Shown here: one piece after another, positions 10,248 through 23,238 of the stretch | Position numbering within the stretch: position 1 is the first letter of the stretch | Layout of the letters: each line of letters opens with the position of its first letter | From: Lingula anatina | Lineage: Eukaryota; Animalia; Brachiopoda | Length of the DNA: 64,000 nucleotides | Direction of reading: 5' to 3' | Assembly: GCA_051362555.1 (NCBI GenBank) | Contig: CM120640.1 | Location: 43,502,788 to 43,566,787, forward strand | Translations under genes and position numbers: made by a program | The notes under the pieces: model-generated | Told to the model about the DNA's origin: nothing | The model's input: only the letters and a program-made list of their open reading frames with translations | The model's database searches: none

Positions 10248-13200
10248 CTGAAAATAATCATCAAACTTGAGTGCCCTATTTGCCTCCCAGTCATATCCAA
10301 ACCTCTTCAACTGAATGCAGAGCAGTGGGGGTAATGCTTTGATGCACAATCTCTTCACTGTGTCTCTCTATACAAAATTTAAGTCATAAAATTTTAACAA
10401 TCTCATAAAACTTTATATGGCCAGACCATACACATGTTATGCATGAATTGTTCTATAGTGTCATTTCAATTTCATACAATATCTTGATCTCCAATCAAGA
10501 AAAAAAAAAAAAAAAAAGAAAATTTGATGAAACAGGGGTTAACATTTATCAAAGATGAGTAACTCTCAATTATATAATTATACAAATTTGTAATGCATAA
10601 AACATTCATAACTTATCATTATATCAAAATGAAAGCTTATTAATACCCATAAATAGCATATCCATTCACTGACAAACCTTTTCCCCACATTTTTCACAAA
10701 AGTAAGCATTTTCTCCTTCCAACAACTCTCCTTTCACAAACTGGTCTAAAGAATCCTGAAGGGTTGTATTTTTCACAGTCAAATTCAGAGCATAGAAAGC
10801 CTCTTCTCTTTCATACCTGAAATGAAGTGTATGCTACATTTTTTCAAACAGTTCAGCTTGGATAAAAAAATTTCTGTCATTTATTGAAGTGTTTTGCTTC
10901 ATATAAATCAGCTCTACAAAGTCTTAGGCTTAGGGTAAACATATTTTGTCTTACCGGTGAGGACAATCCCTGCAAATTTTCTGATCAGAAAAGATACCCT
11001 GGAATCTTCTTTTGAAAACAGTTTCTCGCCCAATTTTCTGCAAAAAGAATTTAAACATGATAACTGATTTACAGAAAATAAAAACACAAATCGACCCAGT
11101 CTCCTGATTTTCATTGTAAGAAATGCAATAAAACTATCAATATGCCTCTTCTAATCCATTTGTTTAACTTGTTGGAAATCGATTACACATAGCTTGCACT
11201 AAAAACAAATTTAGTTATTTGATTTATCACAATCATAGTAATTCTATCACCTTTAAGTGTTCATCTAGCTGGTCTATCAATGCTGTGAAGAAGTCAAATG
11301 CATCCTGCTGTTCCCTGATGTTGACAGTCTGACCCCAGAGCTTGAACACTTTCCAGAATTTCTCTGGTTCATTGTACTGAAGTTTGCTTTCCATAAGATT
11401 GCCAAATACATGCTGGATCTGGTAGAACACACTGAAAGGTTGATTAACACGTTAAAAATGTTAATTCAATGTTAAAGAGTAAAATAATTTTTTCAATCTA
11501 GAAATAACCAAATGTAGTTAAAATGGCAAAATCACATTCAACAAAAAAAAAGACAAAAATATATTTAAAACATTATACTAAACAAGGCAGCAAAGCTGTC
11601 AAATGTACAGACAAAAAGCAGGAAATAACTATGCACAAAATAGGCTACTGTCAATTCTGATGCAAAAGTACATTATGTTAAACTGCAAATTCAACATCAA
11701 ATTTTAATTATGCTCAACAGGTAATACCAATGTAAGTAAAATGTGTAACAAGCATAAGGCTTCAGGCCCATGGCAGTTCAAGTTCACACTTTGAAAATGT
11801 ATAACTTCCAGAAAAAGAAGCCAATTAGACTGCTTTTCCAACTCAGGCTGCATTTTAGTCCTGTATTTCTTTTCTGAACGTTTGGCAATCATCAGTAACA
11901 TGGTTTTCCCATAATGGTCATCATGGCAGCAGCACCCAAAATTGTGTTTTCTTCTATTCTGATGCAATATTACATAGTGGTTAACAGCATAATGACCGTC
12001 AATTTTTAATAATAAAATATGCGTATCATGGATTTTCAGAAAATGTGACTAGCATGTGTCTTCAAGCCCATGGAACTTCAAAGTCACACCTTGAAAATGC
12101 CAATATGTGAAAAATTAAATTTTCACAAAAAAAAACTGTTTAACTAGCAGAAAGAATTACCAAACAGACTGCATTGCCTACTGAAGCTGTATTTTAGTCC
12201 CATGTTTCTTTCCTGTAAGTTTGAGAACAGTAAGTGACATGATTTTTCTTAAATGGTCATCATGGGAGCAGTGCCCAAAATATTTTTTTCCAAATTTTGA
12301 TGCAATATTACATAACGTTTAACAGCATAATGACCATCAATTTTTAATAATAAAATATTAGTATTATGGATATTCAGAAAATGTGACTAGCAAAGGTCTT
12401 CAGGCCCATGGAACTTCAAAGTCACAACTTGAAAATGCCAAAATGTAAATAAGACAGCACTGTTCTGAAATGTTTTTTTTTTTTTCCATTTTTAACACTT
12501 TTTTAACATAAAACAAAATTAACAGTTTACTGCCATTTTTATATGTCCAACTAAGAAAATTGATGAGATGTGAAAAATATCAATAAAACGGTGTCAAATG
12601 TCCAATTTCCTCCATTCTGAGTTTCTGAACATAGTGAATGATTGAATCTTACAAAATGCAGTGTATGAGTTTATTTCCATTTTTGAAACTTTATTACACA
12701 ATACACGATAACAAGTTTACCATCATTTTTACAAAATCAACTAACAATGTTGTAAAGATGCAGGAAATGTCAAACAAACACTTTTACTTATCTTATTAAT
12801 TAAATAATGAAACTGTTAACATGCCTAAAAATTGAATCTGAGGAAATGTGAAACAAGACAGCACTATTCTGAAATGGGTTTATTTCCATTTTTAACACTT
12901 TTTTAACATAAAACAAAATTAACAGTTTACTGCCATTTTTATATAATCAACTAAGAAAATTGATGAGATGTGAAAAATATCAAAGAACAGTGTCAAATGT
13001 CCAATTTCCTCCATTCTGAGTTTCTGAACATAGTGAATGATTGAATCTTACAAACTGCAATGATATGAGTTTATTTCCATTTTTGACACCTTATTACACA
13101 ATACACGATTACAAGTTTACCATCATTTTTATGTAATCAACTAACAATGTTGTAAAGATGCAGGAAATGTCAAACAAACACTTTTACGTATCTTATTAAT

Positions 13201-16200
13201 TAAATAATGAGACTGTTAACATGCCTAAGAATTGAATCTGAGGAAAAGTGAAAAAACAGCATAACTTATAAAATAATGGTCCGATTATGCTGATTTTCGA
13301 ACTTGACCTGTGTTTTAGTAAGATTGATTACTCCTGTGAGTTTCATGACAACAGGCCTATCAGTTTTCCTTGAAATGTGTTAACAGTGTTGCATATATGC
13401 TGAAAAGTGAAAAAACAGCATAACTACTAAAATAGTGGCCCGATCATGCCGATTTTCGAACTTGATCTGCGTTTTAGTAAGATTGATTACTCCTGTGAGT
13501 TTCATGACAACAGGCCTATCAGTTTTCCTTGAAATGTGTTAACAGTGTTGCATGTATGCTGAAAAGTGAAAAAACAGCATAAATTCTACAATAATGGCCC
13601 GATCATGCTGATTTTCGAACTTGACCTGTGTTTTATGAATATTCATCAGCTCTTTAAATATAAAGCCAAAAAGTAAAACTGTCTTCCACTTATGGTGTTA
13701 ACGCTGAAAGTGCACGGCGACGGCGACATGATCGGCGACGGCGACGGCGACGACAGACGCAGGTGATGGCAATATGTACAGACACATCTGTGTCTGTACA
13801 TAAAAAGTCTTAAGTGTCCAATTTCCTATATTCTGAGATTCTGAACATAATGAATGATTGAATCTGACGAAGAGCAATGATATGAGTTTATTTCCTTTTT
13901 TGAAACTTTATTACACAATACATGATAACAAGTTTACCATCATTTTTACATAATCAACTAACTATGTTGTTAAGATGCAGAAAATGTCAAACAAACACTT
14001 TTACGTATCTTATAAGTTAAATAATGAGACTGTTAACATGCCTAAGAATTGAATATGAGGAAATGTGAAAAAACAGCATAACTTCTAAAATTATGGCCCG
14101 ATTATGCTGATTTTTGAACTCAACCTGCATTTTAGTAAGATTGACCACTCCTGTGAGTTTTATGACAATTGGCCTATCTGTTTTTCTTATATTGTGTTAA
14201 CAGTGTTACATATATGCTGAAAAGTGAAAAAACAGCATAACTTCTACAATAATGGCCAGATCATGCTGATTTTCGAACTTGAGCTGCGTTTTATGAATAT
14301 TCATCAGCTCTGTAAATATTAAGCCAAAAAGTAAAACTGTCTTCCACTTATGGTGTTAACACTGAAAGTGCACGGCGATGGCGACATGGACGGCGACGAC
14401 AGACGCAGGTGATGGCAAAATGTACAGACGCATCTGTGTCTGTACATAAAAATGTGCCTAGCAAAGGTCTTCAGGAACTTCAAAGTCACACATTGAAAAT
14501 GCCAAAATGTAGATCAGCCAGCACTGTCCTGAAATGTGTTTTTTTCCATTTTTAACAATTTTTTAACACATAACAAAATTAACAATTTACTGCCATTTTT
14601 ATATGATCAACTAAAAAAATTGATGAGATGGGAAAAATATCAATAGAACAGTGTTTAATGTCCAATTTCCTCCATTCTGAGTTTCTGAACATAGTGAATG
14701 AATGAATCTGACAAACTGCAATGATATAAGTTTATTTCCATTATTGAAACTCTATTATACAATACATGATACCAAGTTTACCATCATTTTTACATAATCA
14801 ACTAACAATGTTGTAAAGATGCAGGAAATGTCAAACAAACACTTTTACGAATCTTTTTAGTTAAATAATGAGACTGTTAACATGCTTAAGAATTGAATCT
14901 GAGGAAATGTGAAAAAACAGCATAACTTATAAAATAATGGCCCGATTATGCTGATTTTCGAACTTGACCTGCGCTTTAGTAAGATTGATTACTCCTGTGA
15001 GTTTCATGACAACATGTCTATCGGTTTTCCTTGAAATGTGTTAACAGTGTTGCATATATGCTGAAAAGTGACAAAACAGCATAACTACTAAAATAGTGGC
15101 CCGATCATGCCGATTTTCGAACTTGATCTGCGTTTTAGTAAGATTGATTAGTCCTGTGAGTTTCATGACAACAGGCCTATCGGTTTTCCTTGAAATGTGT
15201 TAACAGTGTTGCATATATGCTAAAAAGTGAAAAAACAGCATAAATTCTACAATAATGGCCCGATCATGCTGATTTTCGAACTTGACCTGCGTTTTATGAA
15301 TATTAGTCAGCTCTGTAAATATAAAGCCAAAAAGTAAAACTGTCTTCCACTTATGATGTTAACGCTGAAAGTGCACGGCGACATGATCGGCGACGGCGAC
15401 GGCGACGACAGACGCAGGTGATGGCAATATGTACAGACACATCTGTGTCTGTACATAAAAATATCATACAATTGGGCACAAACAAAATGAAGAAAGAATC
15501 CCCAAAAAACATACTGAAGTTTATACAAAACAAAATTCAAATTTCATAAGAATGTTTTTTTTTTTAGATATTAAGATAGCTGTTCTCACCTCTCTTCGTC
15601 TAAATTTTCATCATCTATGCCCAAAATATACTCTGGTATTCCTGGGACCATATATAGTAACTGGATCACAGAATTCATGTAACATGTAGCACCACCATTT
15701 TTCAGTCCAACAAAACCACAGCTCGCTCTACTTTCCACTGGAGGAAGGAACTAAAATAAAGCAGATGATTTTTCTCATTGTTAGAAGAAATAAATCAAAT
15801 ATGTCAAAATAATACATGAAGTGATGCAGCACTGCAGTTAATCATTATTACTACTTATTCATTAAAAAATGCTATGAAATTCAATATCCCTTCACAAAAA
15901 TTATACCAAAAATTTTAATGTAAACATAATCTTTTGCAAATTGAATAAACAAAATCACAAAATTATAGAAAAAATTCTTGATCTTGGTTTTTACAGATTA
16001 GTTCTCAATTATTCTGCCTTGTCAAAACAAAAGTGATCCCCAGGGGTTATCATGTTGCCCACCTCCCACTCCTGTGCAGTGTCAGGGTTATGTCTGTGGT
16101 GCATGTTCAGCAGCTGTCTACAGATATCCTGCAGGTTCTCAGCACACTCATTAGCAAGTTCTACCAACAACTGGTAAGCTGCCACTCTGGACTCTGGACT

Positions 16201-19200
16201 GCCACATCTGAAGGGTTAATTATCATTAGTCTTTATGGAAATTAGACAATAATACACCACTGAGCATCACGCACATGTCAGTTTGCATTTTAACATCCCT
16301 ATCAACTGAAAGAGATTTAAACACTGAATAAAATCTATACCAGAATACATGTCAATAAAGGTTAATTAAAATTGCCATGCATAAATTTTTTAAAATTCCC
16401 CTTTGCACTATCAATGCAATACAGTAACAATACATTTTAACAATATGCAGTACATCTTAAATACCAATGACTATATTTTGTATCAAGATTTTCAGAAAAA
16501 ACTTTGGCCAATTTAGCAAATTAAAATTATCAATATTAAAACCCCAGTGTGACTGCCCTCCCCCCTGCTGACCTTGAACTACTGTTCCACTGATTGTTGT
16601 TGGTGTTTGTGGGCCCAGGTTCATCTATGATGTGCTTAGAAGATGGAAACAGAAAATCATTCAGCAAGTCTTTCAAGAGATCCTTGCCTGAAATAAGAAA
16701 ACAGCTAATGCATCTAAAGCAGTTATGTTTGTTCATTATTATTCATTTTTGCAAAAAGTATCTTTGCATTTCTTTTCAACATCTTATTTTGTTACTCAAA
16801 CTTCCTACACACTTTAACTTGTCAATTTAAAAACCATCCATCTCTTTAATAAAATCAGTATTAATTTGAATCTTAATAAGGTATTTTCCTCTCCAAAGCT
16901 AAGCTGTGTAAACCAAGTAAAAAGGAAAGTAAAAAACAAAACAGACAACAAGAAGGTTCCTCCATACCCCAGGACCTTTTCTCCACTCCATCACATGTAA
17001 AGAGAGTCCTTATCAGATTAAGGTGTCCTTCTAAGAGAATATTGTCAGTATCCATCATGCCATTCTGTTCTGATGGATTAAAGTTTCCCAGCCAAGCTAT
17101 TTCATCTTCTAGCATCTGGGTTGGATTTATTTGTAGCTTCTTTTGTGCGTCAACTGAAGAAAAATATAATAAAATACCACAATGTATGTGAAATCTACAA
17201 TATTAAGGAAACAACATCGAGTTGCAACATTTACCTTTTCTTTACTCTTAGATAAAAATCTTACCATCTCTTCAAGATACTCAATTTGTTCACTTTACAA
17301 ACTGTAAATTTATAAACTTGCTTTATCTTTGGTAGCATAAATCATTCACAGTCAACATTAGCATGATTTTATATGCTCTGGTACTTATAATGAAATACAA
17401 AATGCAACAAAACAAAAGCTTCATCTACAGCATTTATTATGATAAATATGAGATGTACAAAACAAAGATTTACCTCTTGACCCAAAATCAAGTAAATTCA
17501 GGTTGTTCCCTACAGTATATCTATATTGGTGTATTATGGCCTAAACTTACCACTCAACATTTCTAAGAGAGAACATCTCAACTCAAAGTACTGGGTACAC
17601 TGGCTTAGCAACCTGTATATTCAGAAAAACAATAAATAAAATTTAGTCAGAAAAATGAAATATTTCACAGCAATTCCTTAATCTTAAATAATATTTGCAA
17701 TTACCATTTTACTATCAAATTAACTGTCAAAATTTTTTGCCATAAGTGTTTCAAAAATCCTCACAAAATAAATTAATAAGTAAACTAATAAAAAAGGAGG
17801 GGGGGTTAAACTGAGAAATGAAATTTATTCATTTCATTAAAACACAATAAAAAATCATTTCTGTAAGTTACCTCTGACTAGATCCTCGGATACTACTGGA
17901 AGGCACCCAGAATGGCAGCCTGGCCTTCAGCAGGACCTGGAGTAAGAAATGGTGTGGTGTCTGCTGCCCCTCCTGCTGGGGAACTACTGATGTCTTGCTC
18001 AGTTTGTAAAACTGGTCCCTGGCACATTTCCTGAGCTCTAAATCAGGACAGCCGACCAAAACATCAATTATGAAGTCTCCTATGCACGGTAAGTTGTAAA
18101 AAGATGCTGGAAAAGAAAATCATATAAATGGTTGAAGGAACATTGCAAAGCACTGGGATTTAGTTGATGATTGAGATGACTTGTTAAAATGTATTTTCAC
18201 TAGAATTTTATAGCTATGCAATAATCTTTATAGTCTATTCGAAAAGCTAATGCTTCAATATTAACATATTTCTTCCAAAGTGGGCATTCTTGAAAAAAAA
18301 ATTAAATACATATCAACAGCCTCTACAATTTTACCTATTAACTGACTGCGTAGCTGCAAGCAGGTGACCAGAAGTTCTAGAGCTTCTTTAGCTATTGTGA
18401 CATCTTTGTTAGATATACTAGTTTGATGGGCACAGACTCCAGCATACAGGGACTGACTGTCATCACTACTGTTACTAGCTGTGCTGCCTGCATAAAGAAT
18501 AGGAAATGAACAAAATAAAAAAAAATAAAGAAAAAATAAATAAATTGACTGTCATGTCTATCTTTATAAAATGTTTTTTTTAAATACTGTTATCTAAGTT
18601 CTCTTGTTGCATTCATACTTTTCTATGAGAGCAAAAAGGAGAAAAGTTTGATGTAAGAAATGGCTGGAAACAGATTGAAGTGATCTTCAGTCAATTTCAA
18701 ACTGACATAATGGAAGAGAAATTACAACAGTTATAAAACAGTACTGAAAAAAAAACTTATTTATTGGTACCCAAACAGAATTTTATATCAAACATAAGAC
18801 ATGAAGAAACCTGCTAAATGTCACAACTTGCCTGTACTACTTTGTCTGCTGCGTCTGCCACTGCTGGACTCTCTGATTGGCTGTACTGCACTGGCAAGAT
18901 GGAGTCTTCCTGCAGCTGCTGCCCAGGTTACACGCATAAAACATGAGACCGTCTCTGTGAAGTCAGTGTTGCTCATTGTCTAAGGAGAGATTAAAGTTCT
19001 AGTATAGTGATCATCAATCAATCAAAAATAAAAAAATAAGCAAACAAACAGATAAAATACTGCTGCATTATGCAAACCATATATTTTTTAGTCATAATAG
19101 CCAAAACATATTACTCTATCATGAATGCTGTAAAAATTATAACAATCATGCTTGCATATATCTGATGTGTGACACTTGCCCAGCAATGTATATGGTTATC

Positions 19201-22200
19201 AATGTAGAGCACCCACCTGTATTGCTATGGCAGCTGTCTTGGAAGATGAAGTGGACTTGACAGGAGATGACCTGGCTGCTGCTGCAGCAGAGAGGCTAGC
19301 ACCAGTGCTACTGTGACGTCTGCGTAATGTCAGGATTTTACTGTCTCCTGTTGCTGTTTGTCCACATAATAAGTATCTGGAAAAAGGTACTTTTTTTTAA
19401 AATTAAGATTCTGAAAGCACAATTTCCATGTTTTCTTTTACTGCTTAGCAGATAAGTTTCTCATGACAAAATATTTTTTCTGAAAATATCAGGAATTAAA
19501 AAAAAAAAAATAAATGGCTATTTTCACATTCTCAATAACAGATTTTAAAAACAAAATTTCATGACATAGCGCAACCCTCAACAAATTTCCTCTGCACTGA
19601 ACCCATTCAATGCAAATATTTTACAAAGGGGTTATGTACAACATAACTCTGACCAACATTTCACTAGATGGCAGTTTTTCTTAGAAAATGAATGTTGATC
19701 GCTATCACACCACTAGACTGAGTGATGAAAACTAAAACTTGGAAAGAGAAAAAACTTGATGTGAAATTCACAACTAATCTCACCTTAGCAGCCTAAGGCC
19801 TATGGCATAACAGCCTTGTCTGGTTTTATAATCTACATCTGGCGTAATGGCTTCCTTCTGAAGCAGATTGACCACCAAGTTTAATCCTCCACCGTTGAGG
19901 AAATCGTCACAGAAGTGTTTGGCACTTTCTAAGGTCCCTGATTCTTCACAGGTAGGCATGAGTTTGCTGCTTAATACCTGAAGCATTAAAATACAACAGT
20001 TACTGTGTAAGAATATGTAATTATTTAGGTTACTTTTACTATGTATCCTTACTAACTAAAATGAACACTAAAAATAATACTTGTTCTGACTGCACTTTTC
20101 TCTTTTAGACTTGGTGATAGTAACGATGCACTTATCATATTTGGTGACATAGACAGATAACTGTAGAGCAGTCAGACACAAAGCTCTAAAAGGTCAGCAT
20201 TACATATATTTAACAACAGGACAGCTGGCAATATGTCCAGACACAACAACAAAGTGTCTGTCCATAAAAAGCCTCAGATTTCTCTACCTCAAGGTTATAG
20301 AGCACCCTAAAAGGATTCATATCTGGTGACGAGGCATCAAACAACCCCCTGAGAACATCTTTTGGTGTAGATTTAGGACTGGTGAGTGGCGCTGGCATCA
20401 CGGCAGCTTTCCTGGGACTGTTCTTAGGACTGGCTGCAGGGCTGGGACTGGCCTCTGGAGAAGGCTGTCTGAGAGGCTGAAACACAGATGACATGAATGC
20501 TATTCTTTAATACACCCATCTCCTGCTCCATTATTTATAGACGACTGACTTTACATAAACAGTCATATTTTTAATCAAAAACTATTTTAATTATCTATGT
20601 TAAACTAATATTAACATAAAGACTGTAATCCTTAAATTAAAGTACTCCTGCTCACCCTCTGCCCAATGGAGTCCAAGGCATCACTGACTGAGGGGTCTGT
20701 GGGGATGAGTTTCAGTAAATTTCTCACACAAATCATGATCCTGAAAAAGATAATAGTGATTCTTTTAAAGAATGCATTATGTGCCAAAAAGAAAATATCT
20801 ACTAAACTAGGTTGTAAAATGCAGCAATCTTTACCTGCTCACATAATGATTGTAAGAAGAAGAAAAAGAACAACAATAATATGTAAGCTGGTTAAGCAAA
20901 ATAAGACTCTGTATATCACACTCACTTTGGTTCTTCTAACTCTGCCATTTGATATAACATATCAAACACCTGGCCACCTGACGCCATGACAACACCAGGT
21001 AATGTTTTTTCCTGAATAAACAAACAAACAAAAACACATATTTAAGGCATGATATTCAACATAGAGAATTCTGAATTTTGGCACAGAAGTAATGATTCAG
21101 CTAATTAAAAAACAAACAAACAAATGATGCTCTGGTCAGTAAAGTTTAGGAGGAATTGCTCTTTAATGGTGCATTTTGTTTATTTAAAAATTCTACTAAC
21201 AAATTCCTAGATTGGTATATATTTACAAATGTGCAATGCAACATACCTGTTCTAGATCAAATGTGGACCTGTATGATGGAGGTGGCTGAAATAAAATGTG
21301 AAATATTTCAAAATCTTTTACTAAAGATACATTTAGATTGTATGCTTTCTGCTCATATCAAATATATCAAGCTCATTGAGAGCACAATATATTATATCTT
21401 ATAATATAAATAATGATATCTAAGGATGATAAATACATCTAAATCTATTTTCTCCAAGCAACTTAATCAGTGTTTTTTTTTACATCAAATAAGTCTGACT
21501 TTCATAAGTAACTGATACAGGCCTACCCAACTACCAGACTCGGCACCTAAGGATCCTGAATTAACCGGTATATCGGACCACGCTACCCGTTTTCAAGGTG
21601 TGTGTAAGATCGCATTTCGGAGTATCATCCCCCAGAACAAATTTTGTAGCACGACTGCGGGCTCATCCACGCTCGGCTGAACAACCTTAAACTGTACTCT
21701 TACTTTAGAGTACTCTATTTTATTGTCTCTATGGGGATATATGGGGACTTTATGACATTCGGTTTGAATGTTTTAACCATTTTGATAGGGCTTTTTTGCA
21801 TTGTATTAGATTAATGTGGCAGTCTAAGGTTCATCTAGGTGGCTTTCAAAATTGAATTGGCAATATAGCGATTTTACGACAATAGTTTACTATCCAATCA
21901 AGGTGACAGCCGAGCATGTCAGGGCTCATCCTGTCGGTGTTCTGGCTGATACTCCGAAATGCGATCTGACACACACCTTGAAAACGGGTAGTGTGGTCCG
22001 ATATACCGGTTAATTCAGGATCCTTAGGTGCCGAGTCTGGTAGTTTGGTAGGCCTGTGATATAAAATGTGAAATTACAGTGAACATGTCTCACCTCTTTA
22101 ACAGCAGCACTTCCAGACCCTGATGTCCCAATGCCAGTTAGCGTCCGCACACAAACTGTCTGCTGGTCCTCAATATTCAACTGATGCATCAGCTTTTGGT

Positions 22201-23183
22201 CCTTCATTTGTGTCAACTGAAATGTAGACTGTATCAATCAATTTATGACCCAAACTAAAGATATTATTCTGATTTATTTAAATATAAAGTCTACAAAGAC
22301 TACAATAAATAATGTTTGAAAGGTATTTCACAGACTGATTTCTACAAGCTTAGCTTGAACAATATTTTGCGTGTTAAAAAAAATAATTAGATATATTATG
22401 ACAGCATTTAATAAAATCATTCAATTAAATCTGTGATTACCATTTTGTCATTGGCCACTATCTGAACTTGCTCTGGTGAACACTTCAACTCCATAGCTAT
22501 CTTCTGCCTCACAGATACTAGTCTTTCATTGCTGTGTGTCTATATTGAAAATGAAAAATAATTATAGATAATAAAATGGAGGAATGAAATGTTTCAAACC
22601 TTGGAAGTGTTTTCACTATACAATATTTTTTCATTTATCTAGCAAATTCTATCTGATACTGCCAGAAAACCATCATATACCACATCATAGATTAAATTAA
22701 CATTTAACTAGAAAGGTAAAAAAAGGGAAACTTCAAAGAAGAAAAGTTTTTTAAACTGTTAAATGGTATACTTCAAATTCATAAGAACACCATAAATCAT
22801 ACACTGAAATGCTTAAATTTCTAACAACCTTTCACAAATAATAATACCCAAATGTGAAAACTACAATTATCCATCTATCAAAAATATCCAAATGAACTTA
22901 CTGTGACTGTGAACTCCTGTTTAGGTGACTCTGAACTGACGTACAGGTTGAGGGGATGTCCCTGGAAAGATGCACCATGAGGGAGGATGGTTCTAGGACC
23001 CATATGTAGCTCTTCCACTGTCAGGATGTACCTCTCTGCTATGGACAGGAGTCTCTCTATGTTCAGTAACTTGGCAGACCTGGAGCAAAATATTTGTGTT
23101 ACAGATTAAAGCTTGATACACTATATACAAGTTGAATGCTGCAAATGTAATGCATGCTTTCCGCAACAGTGTACGTGCAAAAA

Positions 23184-23238
<55 letters not shown>

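Noticed and set aside
13243-15461. Regular 159-bp repeats considered as a CRISPR-like array
   Set aside because: Whole units are repeated with no unique spacers, there are no cas genes and the context is a eukaryotic intron; explained as transposon core repeats.
15307-15540. ORFs with RRRRR / SPSPSP runs
   Set aside because: Translations of the GGCGAC microsatellite in the Helentron-type element.
17474-17509. In-frame 36-nt micro-exon candidate ([12 protein letters not shown]) in USP24 intron 34
   Set aside because: Would need a 41-nt upstream intron, far shorter than any other here, and the flanking exons already join into conserved USP24 sequence.
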